A stretch of 64,000 nt of DNA from Octopus sinensis (lineage: Eukaryota). A program made the position numbers and the translations under genes. Positions 21,601 through 34,440 of the stretch are shown here, in pieces. The stretch spans positions 164,548,001 through 164,612,000 of the forward strand of contig NC_043000.1 of NCBI RefSeq assembly GCF_006345805.1, read 5' to 3'. The notes beneath the pieces are model-generated. The model ran no database searches, was not told the origin of the DNA, and worked only from the letters and a program-made list of their open reading frames with translations. How positions within the stretch are numbered: position 1 is the first letter of the stretch; each line of letters starts with the position of its first letter.

Positions 21601-23418
21601 GTACCTACCAGAGTGTCAGTAAGCAAGCAACATATTCAACCTACATCTTTACATTTATTTATATTCTTTTACTGGTTTCACTCATTAGTCCGGTCATGCT
21701 GGGGCACCATCGCCTTCAAGTGTTTTAGTCGTTCACCAGGACTCCCTGTGCTTGTTTCAATCTGGTACTTTATTTTATTAATCTCGACCGAACGAATCTC
21801 GGCATGTCGTTTAAACCGCGCGAACACAGATCGAATCCGAAACCCACGTCTTCGTACACTGCTTGGTTTCATAGTTCGATGTTCTGCAGTTCTAATTTAC
21901 TCGACTGCATAATTCTCAGTTTTCTACTTTTTGAGAATTGATAAAATAGTGCTGGGGTGGCACTGAGGTCGTGAATTCAGTGGCCTTTATGATTTAATCG
22001 AAACTTAATAACAAATAATGCAAGAACGGGAGTAAGGGTATCTTACGAATGCCTGGGATGAAGGAAAGGGGCTGCTTGCATGGGTCTCAAAATGTGCACC
22101 CCCCCCCCCACCATCTGCATTTGACAAAAGAATGCTTAAAAGATAAGAGTGGTTGCAATAATATAAAGCTTTGGCCTGTTTGTGACTGTGCGTGCGTACA
22201 TACGCGCCCATAAATGTATATTATTCAGTTTTAATGTTCGTGTATTATCTGTTGGAACCGGTTTGTTGACTTTTGGTGAAGGCACGAATATCACAGTATT
22301 ATTTATTCTTCTTCATATCAGTTGTAATGTTTTCATGATGACACAAAAAAATATTATTCGAGGTGAACTTTGCCTTTCATCCTTTTCAGGATCGATAAAA
22401 ATAAAGTACCCGTCATGTACTTGTGGGGTCGATGTTAACAAGTCCTCTCCTTAGAATTGCTAGCTTAGTGGTGCCTAAATTAGAAACAATTATTATTGTT
22501 ATTATTTGTACCGCAATGCTTCACGATTCCTCTATAAATCATGGAGAGACAGGTGAGTGGTTGAGACAGACTATTGTTCGTTCAGCCCTTGTCTCTCATT
22601 AATGCCATCATAAGTATATGTGTGCGCATTTATAGACCCTCCTCCATACACATATTACACGTTCTTTTCATTCCTCCTTGGTTTTCTCTTCTAATATCAT
22701 CGCTCTCTTGTCTTTCACATTACATTGTCAGAGAGCGAGCGATCTTCACATTCCTCTGCCGTTCCTCTTTTACACACATTCACCAACTTGCTGTTTTTTT
22801 CTAAAGTCATATCTTTAACCAATACACTCACACAAATTACTGTCATGCATCTCTCTCTCTCTCTCTCTTATAAACGTCATAGTTTATATCCATACTCTCT
22901 CTCTATCTCTTTTCCCCATGTTACATCGGTCAAAACACACTGTTATGTCTGTCTCTAATTTACACACCGGCAAGTCGTATACACCCTCGCTTTTTTCACG
23001 TCACATTCACATATCAAAACGACACACATATACACTGTCCTGACCCCCCACTGTCTATCCTACACGCTGTGGAGTCATACACACACCCATATTATTTCTT
23101 TCTCATGTCACCCTATGCACAATATTTTCTTGTCTCACGTTTTAACTCACAAACGTATAAATGTCACATCACGCACACTGTCATCTAATGTTACCATCGT
23201 TAGAGGCGAGGAAAAATGTCCTTTCTCCCCCCCCCCGTCTCTCTACTCTATCTTGTATAGGTAGGAGCTAGTTTCTGTCATGCGTAGGATCAAATTCCTA
23301 GTAATCTCAAGTGTAATTTTTAGCAGACCTTTGGAACTTTGGCAGACAGTAAAATGCCAAATAAATAACCCCAAAGACAAAATGCGTTACTTTATAACAC
23401 ACACACACACACACACGA

Positions 23419-23475
<57 letters not shown>

Positions 23476-25789
23476 CACATACATACACACTAGTGGTATA
23501 TATGTGTATGTCTGTGTGTGTGATTTCGCCTTCGCTGTTCGTTTATCGCTACATGCGATCTTTCAGGCATAAAATAAATTAAAAATTCAACTTGTTTTTG
23601 TCGCCTGGTGGAATGGATTGTATGTAACGGATAAACACTTGATAAACACTATAAGTATATAGTTATTTTTTTGTGTTCTTTCTTCCTTCCGTTTTCGTTA
23701 TGTGCAAGAGGCAGGGCTGGTGCTTGGCCAGATCTCTTCAGAGACCTCTTCAACAAGATTCCGGAAACGGCTGTCTATCAGCGTCCGCAGTTTTTGGGCT
23801 TTTTTAGATTCTCATACATATGGTTGGATAGAAACGTCTACGCTCTCACAAACTTCACATACTTTTTCAATCGTTATAACCTCGTCTTTTTAGGTTTCGT
23901 GTATATTGGAAGACATCCAGTGTATAAATCCCATTTTTAAGACAGTACAATTTAAAGAAAATTTAGCTGCTATTTCTAGTAAATCTGGAGATCACGTAGA
24001 GGAGGCGCCTTGTTGTTTCGTGCTCTTATATTTAGTTGTGAATTAAAGTCATGTCTGTGCCATCATTTAACGTCTATTTTCCATGCTGGCATGGGTTCGA
24101 CGCTTTGACAGGATCCAGTGTGTCACAGAGCTGCATCGTGCTCCAAGTCAGCTTTGGCATGTTTTTGTTTTTAACGCCAACCATTTTACTGTGTGTATTT
24201 GATTATTTTTTAATGCCATCAGTACTAGTGGGGTTGCCATGTAACTTGCAAGACTTGGAAAGAAAAAAGGGGGAGCAAGATTTGACTTAAACATTAAGCC
24301 AGATGGCTGCATTGAGCTGCAATGCTTGCCTTGGCTTGGTTTCTATAGCTGGATGCCTTTCCTAATGCCATGCACTTCACTGTGTATACTGGGTGCTTTT
24401 TTGAGACACTAGCTTTGGTGAGGTCATCAAGTATCTGCAAAACAGGAGCCTGTCATCTGGGTGAGGTATAGTATTAAGGGATAAGAAAGTAAGATAGAGG
24501 AACAGGAACAGGTATCTTGTTGAAGAAGTGAGGACATGGTTTGTTCATTTGGAAATAGAAACATGAGGTTAAGGTACAAAGTGAATATGAAGGATACAAT
24601 AGGATAGAGGAACAGAAAAGATGACCGAGTAGTTTACAAAATATTAGTCATGATTTAGTCTCATTTGGCCTGGTTTTTTTTTTTTATTTGACAAATTTGT
24701 TTTACTTCCTCTTTGTTATTAACATTCTATGCCACTTCACACTATTTCACTCATGTAAACATACAACTATCTCTCTCTCTCTCAGGCAATTATTTGACTC
24801 AGTTGTTAGAACATAACATCTAGCAAATGCAATGTGCTATTTGTTCTTGCTCTTTGTGATCAGAGTTCAACTCCTGCTACAGTCAACTTTACCTTTCATC
24901 TGTTGAAAGTTGATAAAACAGAAGTCAAATACTGGTGTTCATTCTTTTCTCCTTCCCTCAGAGGGTTGCAGGGGATTATTCCCAGTGTACTCTTCCTTCA
25001 GCACACAAAGGAGGGTTAATTGAGGGCCTAATAGCCCCTTCTCATTTAGCATGCTAAAAACACTATCTATAGAATCTGTAAAACATAGTAGATGTGGACA
25101 CTGATGTGCTACAGAGCACAGCAGTTGAAGAAAGATATACGTGTGTCTCTGTGTATGTGTGATCGCTCTTCATTTGTATAACTTAAAAGTTGTTCGATAT
25201 TATAAGTCTGGTATGTATTTAAGTCCAAGTAAAGTATTCTTTCTAGGAAAGCCAGTCATATGAGGTCTTTTACCTCCAAAAGCTGTAATAATTCCATAAA
25301 CCAAGCTCCTGCATTGAATTCCTAGTTATGTTAAATAATCCTGATCATGTGACCTTTGGTTTGAGTCACATGATACAGAAAAACGTATGCTACAGCAATG
25401 AATGCTTCTACTTTATTCTGTTTTATAATGTCTTTAACTGTTGATATTGAAGTCACTTATTATAGAAGCCAGCTACTCTTTTACTCCAGGATGATAGGTA
25501 TAACATCTTGGTGTGCTCTTTTGCTCTAAACACTACTCAGAATCCTGGAAAAGGAATGATGGTTCAATTTTCTTGCAGTTTGATGCCTTATTTACATACA
25601 TTTACAAAATTATTGATTTCTCTTTGAAAGTTTTGTGTAAAAGCCTACAGCACACTCTGTAAAGTAGTTGGCATTAGGAAGGGCATCCAGCTGTAAAAAC
25701 CATACCAAATCAGACGAATTTAGTGCAGTTTTGCAGCTTGCCAGCATGGAAAACGGACATTAAAGGATGATGAGAATAAGATGGTATAC

Positions 25790-26720
25790 TACTGATGTCT
25801 CTTAGAGGGTTTGACATCTGCAGGAGATGTTCTTGGTTAAGAGCATGTCACTACACCTGGCCTTCTTACAGAAGCCCTTTGACCAAGTATCATGTTCTGT
25901 AATTTGATGGTTGCCAAGAAAACTAGGCGTAGAAGAATGGTTTGTGAGAGATAAGCAAATCATGTGCTGAGAAGCAAGATGAGTTAGCAGTGAGTTCAGC
26001 AAGAAATTTAGTATCCATCCGAGGCTTGTTTCTCGACCCCCTCCTGTTTATGATTATATTCCAAGCCATAAAAGTAGAGTTTAAGACCAGTTGTCCATGA
26101 GAACTGTATGTTGATGACCTGCATGTTGAATCTGCCAAAGGATTTGGAGAAGAAATTCCAAATGTGAAAGGAAAGTCATGAATTGGGAGGCCTCAAAGGA
26201 AACCTAGCAAAGAAGAAAACTTTAGCTTGCAGGAAAGAAAATAAAAAAAAATCTAATGACATGAAAGAGGTGGTTATGTATGCAGAAAAATATTAGGTAA
26301 GAAATCCTTTGGAGTATCCAAAGAATTGCTGTACTGTCACAGGTAGGCTGAAAGAAAAGAAAGACTATATAACAAATGTGCAGGAGTAGGTAGTGAGCAG
26401 TAAGAGCACCCATGAAATATATTCTTTTTAATGTTTGAAAATTCTTCAGAAGTAATTTATATTTTCTGTTACTTTGGTGACCTAATTAGCTGTGGAGGGA
26501 GGTGTTCTGAATGCATAATAGCCAGCGTAAGAATGGATTGGAAAAAGCTCAGGTAGTTTATTATATCTGCTCGTAGCATCAGTAATCTCTCTCCAAATGA
26601 ATGGCAGATTTGTAAGATACCTGTGTATTGGGTACAGTGTATGATAATAAAACATGGGTACTGAATATGGAGGAATGGTTCGAAAAAAATAAAGCACACA
26701 TAGATAAATTGAAAATAATT
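25790..26720 (+). mobile_element. Highly decayed RTE-clade LINE RT fragment
   Basis: Colinear with 49740-50530 (KLGVEEW, PLLF, ELYVDDL, RMDWKK); many stops and frameshifts. Confidence 0.65.
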
Positions 26721-28547
26721 CAACCTTACTCTTTATTTCACTCCCTCTCCTTTTTAGTCCCTACTACTGCTTGCTTAGTCTCTCCATTTCTATCTCAGTC
26801 TTACTCTCTACTACTATCTATTTATCTTGTCTTAGCCCTTATCATCCTCACCAAGGCCCTCTCTGTTTCTATATCCTGTTATTCTATTTGGCTTGTCAGC
26901 TTACCCCTGTTCTTACCTCAACCTCAATTCCAGTCTTCACCTCAATCCATCTTGCAGTTACAGTGGATGAGTACTCATTATTTTATTTTTGGTTTGAGTG
27001 TTCTAGATATGCCATCTTCATTGCATGGTTGACGAGGGCAATGCACTGATATCTGGAACTTCTGTATCAACACATGCATACATACACACTTACAGACAGG
27101 TTTATTTATAGCACAGAGAAGTATGTTTTTGTTCTTTCCCCGACCCTGCACACTGACTTTCAGACATTAGCACACACATCATATGACCCAAGCTTTCATA
27201 CATTGCACTCATTCAGGTGTATACATTTCCTAGACACACACATGTACACAAACATACACTTCTGAAAATTTATGAATTTATACGCTTCCTAGCACCCATT
27301 AAACTCGTGAAAACGTGTGTGCACACATATATGTACTTCTATCAGACTCAGTAATACAGAAACATACACAGTCAATAATCTACTAAAAAATGTTCTTTAG
27401 TTCCTCAGGTGATTTGAACCCTTGAGATTTTGACCATGTTAGATTACTGTCACATGTATTGCACATGATTGTAAGTGCAGGCATTGTGGTATGGTTTAGA
27501 AGTTCATTTTGGAAACATGTAGTTAAGACTCTGCTTGGTCCCACTGCATGGATATTGTCCACTTGTGTCCTGTACGATAGCCACAGGTTACCCAGTATCT
27601 TGTGTGTAATACTGGTAGATGGAAGCTGAAGAAACCTATATATATATATGTGTGTGTTTGAGTGAGTTTGTATTTCCTTTTCTGTTCACACCTACTTGCT
27701 TATTGTAAACAAAAGTCTCACTGTTCCACACAGTGTCCTTTGCTTTCAGTGCACTGTGAAAGCATGTCTGGGTTTCTTAAGGCATCTCAACATGTTGCTT
27801 AATCTTATTCAAGAAATGATTCTACAAATGAGGAATTTTGTTTCCAATTATCAGTGTAACCATGCCTGGGCTATTCATTATACTATAACTTGAAAGATTA
27901 TTGCCTTGCTTGGAAACAGGTGGGAGTTGGTGTTAGGAGGGGCATGTGGCATGGTCTCTCAGCTGACACATGCAAGTGTAAAAAAGAGGATGATAATTCA
28001 GTTAGGGTTCTTTTTGTATTACTCCTTTGTGAATGAATGTATTTTGTATTTGTATCCAATTAGCCTGTGTTGGTAAGGTATAGTGCTCTTGACTAATCCA
28101 AGTTCTTGACTCATCTCTTTTTTTTCTTTGTGAGATTGATGCAACCGATGCCTAATCTGAATGTCTTCAAGGTAGTATGCCTGCAGGAAAATGTGAGTGG
28201 GAGAGGTTTTATTAATTGTAGAGGTATATTTGGTTGGCGATACTTGCAACTGAGTGATCTCTGATAAATGTGAGATGGTGGTATAAAAATGGGCAGTATG
28301 TTCAGCCTATCAAATATGGCAGTGAATGAATTAGAGGAGAGAGAGCAATCTGTTGGGACTGGGTCTTGTCTCTAAATAAACTGACTATGATGAAACACTG
28401 GTAAGTGCACCAGTAACATTTCAAACACTCTCTTCCCCGGTGGTATGATTTACCTTGTCACAGTCTGAAGCACCTCATGCTCCTGATCCTCTTGTTGTAG
28501 AACTCTGATAAATCTATTGCCTTCTATTTCTCTTCAAGCTGTATACA

Positions 28548-28755
28548 CGAGGGGGTGAGGCTGAAAAGTTGCCGGGTTTGGGTAAAAGAAAATTCAAGAG
28601 GATCAGTTTATTATGACTTCATTCAACATATTCCCTTCTCAGATTTACACACTTATTACAGTGGTTCTTCTGTTTTTCTAAGCCCTGTAAAAGAACTCTC
28701 AGATGGTTGGGCCTCCAACCAGACTTTTCGCAATACTCTTTTCAGCACCCCCTTG
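28548..28755. mobile_element. Mariner-derived MITE
   Basis: Termini CGAGGGGGTGAGGCTGAAAAG / CTTTTCAGCACCCCCTTG-TA; about 210 bp. Confidence 0.7.
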
Positions 28756-29464
28756 TACATTTGTCTCTTGGCTCCTCTCTTTAGCCACATGATATTGTTC
28801 TTTGCTGCCTTCTTTTTCCTAGTTTTTCCATGCCAATCTTTTAAAATTTTTATAGCTCTATATACAGATCTATTCCACCATAATGTTGTTATCTGTTGTC
28901 AAACTGGAACATCTCTCCAATCATGAATCAAATCTGTAGCCGTCAGTAAGTTGTATCATACATATAAGATGAGTGCCAGTGATGGTTGTGTTTAACACTG
29001 TGATCAACTGACTTCCCATCTAGAGGCTAGACTTCTTACAATTGCTTAAATGTCATAGAATCCAGGATAAGCTTCAATCTGATGAACCTCTAGACATGTG
29101 ACAAACTAACATTTTTTAATATTATATAATGTGTGTGTGCACTTTCTCATTATATAATGTGAATGTGTTTTTGTGTATATTTCTGTACAATGGGAATATA
29201 TGTAATTATCTATATATGTGTGTAGGTTATTTTAAAGTGTGTGATCTGGACATCAACCTTTCTTTTTCTCTCTCACTTTCACTCATTAGATCCTATCAAA
29301 TGTAAAATTAAAATTTATGTGTGAAAAGTCTAACTAGAGAGATGAAAGTAATTCTGCTGTGGATTTTATCACTCCCCCTCTCTCATTACTCATTTTCTAT
29401 GGAGTGCCACCTACCACTTGAGTTTGTGAGGTGTTGGATGTGGTGGTGGTGGTAATGGTGTCTG

Positions 29465-29700
29465 TTAAGGCAGAGAGCTGGCAGAAATGGTAGCACACCG
29501 GGCGAAATGCGTAGCCGTATTTCGTCTGCCATTATGTTCTGAGTTCAAATTCTGCCGAGGTTGACTTTGCCTTTCATCCTTTCGAGGTCGATAAATTAAG
29601 TACCAGTTACGCACTGGGGTCTTTATAATCGACTTAATCCGTTTGTCTGTCCTTGTTTGTCCTCTCTGTGTTTAGCCCTTTGTGGGTAATAAAGAAATAG
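29465..29700 (+). mobile_element. Full-length SINE family A with 14-bp target-site duplication
   Basis: GGTAATGGTGTCTG at 29451-29464 and 29700-29713 flanks the element. Confidence 0.9.
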
Positions 29701-30129
29701 GTAATGGTGTCTGATATACTTTCTATTTAGTTGGATTAAAGTCTAGGTACTGTTCTAATATTCTTTCTCTTACTATCTATTGTATCATTACTACCTTGAT
29801 CATCACTGTTACTACTGCTACCACTAACCACTGCTGCCTCTACAACCATCCCCTCCACAACTACCACTAATAATTCGACAATGTAGGAACTGCTGTATGG
29901 TTGCTTGACCTGCTAAAAAAAGCAAATATTCCTCAACACCTAAGTGAAAAGAAGGACACATTAGACTATGTAGTCCCTAATATATGAACAGATGTGACTG
30001 TTACAGTTTGAATACCTTCAGTCATATGTTTATTTTATCAGAGCTGGCCGGCCAAGGGACCAAACAGTAGCTTGCTTCAAAGTGGCCCCTGAAAGATTGA
30101 ATGATATAAAGCAAGGATAACCTTTACAA

Positions 30130-30525
30130 ACACGTGGTTTAAAAAATTTTTTAATTATTTTATTTGGATGGAAACCTTTTAAAATGCAGTTTCAGAATCT
30201 TCTGAAGTGATGTTCTGGCGATGCCAAGTTGAGCAGTGACGAAGGGTAGAGGCTGATGGATCCTCAAGGACATTCTGCCATACAGCTTCAGTGTGCATGG
30301 TGTGCTTAGGACCTCTTCCTGGAATATTGCTGACTGATCCAGTTCTTTCAAACCAGGTGATTAGGTTCCAAATCATGTTATCACTAGAAGATATTCTGAC
30401 AGTAAAATGTTGCTGGTATTTTCTCTAGGTTTGAATTGTTGATTTTTCACTGGAATAGAAAAACTCAATGAGTTTTACTCGTTGCTGGACATAATACATG
30501 GCCATTTTAATCTCCAAGGGATTCC
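30130..30525 (-). mobile_element. Tc1/mariner transposase N-terminal (DUF4817-type HTH) remnant; its 5' end lies beyond the LINE at about 32007-32092
   Basis: QRKYQQHF...IWNLITWFERTGSVSNIPGRGPK...QLGIARTSLQKILK. Terminal CCACCCTG-TA at about 32083-32092 is a typical TA-CAGGGTG end. Confidence 0.65.
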
Positions 30526-30527
30526 CT

Positions 30528-32006
30528 ATAAAACTTAGATAAAACTTAGATATGTTTCGACCAGAGATTGGTCCAGGCCATGTCTAACTTAATAGCACCA
30601 CCTGATAGGATTATTCGAATCCTGTTTAAGTCAAGTTTTGTTCAAGTAGTGAGTTCTTGTTGGGTGAGTTGTATCCAATTATGGGTGGCTTATCTGGTAT
30701 TCTTTGAAGGAATCTATCCAGACTCTGTTTGAAGTTGATGGGATCCTTTTCCTCTTTGATCTCCCTCGGGACAATGTTAAATAGGGCAGGGCCTGTTGAG
30801 GAAAAGAAATTATGTTGCAGTGTACATGTATGTTGTGATCTTGAATTTGGCAGGGGACGTATAGCCCGTGGTCCAAGTCTCGGATGAACCTTGAAGCTAA
30901 TGTTTAGGTCGTTTGGGCAAAGTTGGCGGTATATTTTCCACATCGTACAAATGATGTACCGCTCACGGCGATGCTGGAGGGAGTAAAGTTTCAAGGCTTT
31001 AAGGCGATCCCAATAGTCGAGAGCAGCCATGCCTTCAATTTGTTTAGTGAGAGCCCTCTGGGGTGACTCAATTCTGGAGATGTTTTGTCTTGTGTGAGGA
31101 GACCACAGTGGGCAGCAGTATTCAAGGTGTGGCCGTACAAAGGATGAAAAAAGTGGTATGATGACACCTTGTTCTCTGGACCGAAAAGTTCTTAAGATCC
31201 AGGAACTCATCCTACGAGCTGTATCGACCTTCTTGTTGATGTGTGCACTCCAACTGAGATCGTCATCAACAATTACACCCAGGTCTCTGATATTGTTAGA
31301 GGCTGTGAGCGGTTCCCCTGAAGGAAGAGAGTATGGTTGTTTTAGTGAGGAATTTCTTCCAAAATGCATCAGCTCAAATTTTCCCTCATTCAGTTGCATT
31401 TTGTTTCTGTCTGCCCATTGACTCACAGCATATAGATCAGACTGGAGTTGAGTTCGGTCTGCTTCTTCATCGACGATTTGCTGGAGCTTAGTGTCCTCAG
31501 CGAATATTTTCACTTTGCAGTGATGTACGACACTGGAAAGGTCGTTTACATAAATTATGAAGAGTAGCGGACCCAAAACAGTTCCCTGGGGAACACCGCT
31601 GGTGACTTTTGCTGGGTTTGAGTGGACTCCATCAACTACAACATGTTGTGTTCTATTTGCTAGGAAATACTGAATCCAGTGTAGAACTTTTCCACGGATT
31701 CCAACATTTGCCAATTTTGAGAGTAGGATGTTATGGTCCACCCTGTCGAACGCTTTACTGAAGTCAAGGTATATGACGTCAGAGTTCGAACCTGTTCCCA
31801 AGGCTTTGAGTACATCTTCAATGTGGTGTAAGAGCTGTGTTAGACAGTCCCTGCCACAGCGAAAGCCATGCTGATTTGAATTTAGGAGCTTGTGGGTCTC
31901 CAGGAAGTCAGCTATCCTTGATCTTAACACTCTTTCAAACACTTTAATGATGTGGGAGGTGAGTGAGATTGGGCGATAGTTGACTGCGAGGGATCTGTTT
32001 CCCTGT
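30528..32006 (-). mobile_element. 5'-truncated CR1/Jockey-group LINE (RT domain, open frame)
   Basis: NYRPISLTS, QHGF, YLDFSKAFDRVDH, GVPQGTVLGPLLF, FAED in place of FADD, IRDLGV, VRPHLEY. Tail of tandem ATCTAAGTTTT at 30530-30552. Confidence 0.9.
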
Positions 32007-32211
32007 TTGATAACAAGCAAAAAAAAAAAAGATTGAAAACAAACAAGTTCTGACTTTTTCAAACCCTTCAGTTTTTCAGTGACCACCCTGTACTTGTAGT
32101 AATACAGGTATCAGCAGTACTACTGCCACCTTATCTGCAAAGTACTGGCTCCACTTCAACTAAATATTGCTACCATCTCCACCATGACTATTATTATTTT
32201 TACAATAATGA

Positions 32212-32248
<37 letters not shown>

Positions 32249-33084
32249 ATCAGTAACAAGACAGTTCAAAAAGTTCTTTTTTTTTTTAAACTAACATTTC
32301 TGCATTCATATTTAACTTAGGTTTTATTGATTTTTTTTCTTGTTTTTCTGCCCATCATCCTGTCTGAATTTGCCTTCTGTCTGTCTGTCACTGTGTATAT
32401 CTATCTATCATCCTGTCAGTGTCTGTCTGTCTGTCACCCTATCTATGTATGTCTGTCTCTTTTCTCTCTATCATCCTGTGTATATATGTTATCCTGTTTG
32501 TATATGTCAGTCTGTCTGTCTGTCTTCCTGTCTGTTTTCATCTCTGCCTACAAACTGGGTGGCCTGCATCTCTCAGTGTCTCTACATACCATCCTGTATG
32601 TGTGTGTATTTGCACTATCCTCTATGTGTGTGCATGTGTGTCTGCCTACCAGCACGGGTGTGTTTATTTGTCTACCATCTTGTGTGTGTGTGTATGTATG
32701 TTTATCTGTTTGCCGTCTGTGTCTGTCTAACTGTCAGCGGGGTCTGTCTGTCTTTTTACGATTTCCTTGCGTCTATGCATATGTATGTATGTACCATGCT
32801 ACCATTCCAGCCTATGTATATTCCTCTGTCGCTGTTCTTTCCTAAACAGATTAATAACAGCCATCAAACATCAAGGAACCCCCTATATTCAGCTACTTCT
32901 CCTCTTCCACTCTAATAAACCTACTTTATGGTTACTGAAAATATCTCAGAGCTTTGTAAATCAATTTCAAACAAAGCAAACATTAATAATGCAAAAACAA
33001 ATAATACAAAATAGTAATAAAGTCGATAAATATTATTTAACAGAATTGATATTTTTTTAAAAGTGTTAAATCCTTCTCACTTAT

Positions 33085-33115
<31 letters not shown>

Positions 33116-33564
33116 GCTTAGTTTCATTCTCTATAGCACTTTTGCACACTCTTTCTTTTTTTTTTCTGTACCTCGCCCCTCATTTTCCCTCTTTCTATTG
33201 CTCACTTCCAGTTTGTCTTTCCCAAATCTCCATACGAACTGGATTAGAAGATTATCTATCCATCCTTCAAATTATGCAAACATAATGTGTGGATGTGTAA
33301 GATACACAGTGATATTGGCTTATGTATAGATAGAGCTAAGCTGATGGTAGAAGTATGAGTGGTTGGGTGAAGGAGAGAGAGGAGGAAACAGTGGTCAAAA
33401 AGGAAAAAAAAACCCTTAATGTGATGCGTGAGTTTAAGTGTGTCTATAAATATGGTTATGGATGTGTGTGTATGCATATATGTGTATACACATGCTTACA
33501 TGTGTATCTATCCAGATACTTGTATGTCCACTTCATAATGTATGTATATACATATATACACAGA

Positions 33565-33790
33565 CAGTAATCCCTTGCCATATTGTGGATCACCAATTGC
33601 AGTTTGTTATTTAAGCTTATGTTGTCGATTCTTCCGTGGTGTTGTTTTGCATTTGTAATAAAATAAATATATACAAATTATAAAAATAATTTAAAAAAAT
33701 ATACAGTACAGTACTGTTTCTACTTTACAGATTTTCACCTATTGTGGGAGGCTTTGGAACATAACTCCTGTGATAGTTGAGGGATTACTC
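33565..33790. mobile_element. Tigger/pogo-like MITE
   Basis: Termini CAGTAATCCCT / AGGGATTACT; AT-rich interior. Confidence 0.6.
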
Positions 33791-34041
33791 TGTGTGTGTG
33801 TGTGTGTGTATGCATACATATACACACATATAGACATAGTACTATTTTTGGTAGTATATATACTAAAATAGAAATTCCTCCCACTACACTCTCGGAGTGG
33901 TTGGCGTTAGGAAGGGCATCCAGCTGTAAAAACATTGCCAGATCAGATTGTAACCTGGTGCAGCTGCTGGCCCTTCAAACCTCAGTCAAACCGTCCAACC
34001 CATGCCAACATGGAAAACAGATGTTAAACGTTGATGATCAT

Positions 34042-34088
<47 letters not shown>

Positions 34089-34189
34089 AAGCCTGCCAGG
34101 TTTTTTTTTGTTTATTGGTTCTGTTAAGCTGTTGGAATACTAAAACATGTCACATACATAGTTGCATGTGTGTATGTATATGTATGTGA

Positions 34190-34440
34190 AGGCTTATGGC
34201 GTAGTAGTTAGGGTATTGCACTCATGATTGCAAGATTGTGATTTCAATTCCCATACAGGCGTTGCATTGTGTTCTTGAGCAAAACTCTTTATTCTGTGTT
34301 GTTTCGACCCACTCAGCAGCTGTAAATGGGTGACCCTGCAATGGACTGGCATCCCCTGTTCAGAAGGGATATTAGCCTGCTTGCCTAAGAAGCACATTGT
34401 AACCAGCAGTATGTACCCCGCATCTGATGGTCAGGTTGAT
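34190..34440 (+). mobile_element. tRNA-derived SINE (separate family)
   Basis: TGGCGTAGTAGTTAG A box, ATTTCAATTCC B-box-like, TGTGTTCTTGAGCAAAAC and AAATGGGTGACCCTGCAATGGACTGGCATCCC central domain. Confidence 0.7.

Noticed and set aside
33731-33791. Plus-strand exon after TTTCTACTTTACAG
   Set aside because: Lies inside a Tigger-like MITE and has no good donor.
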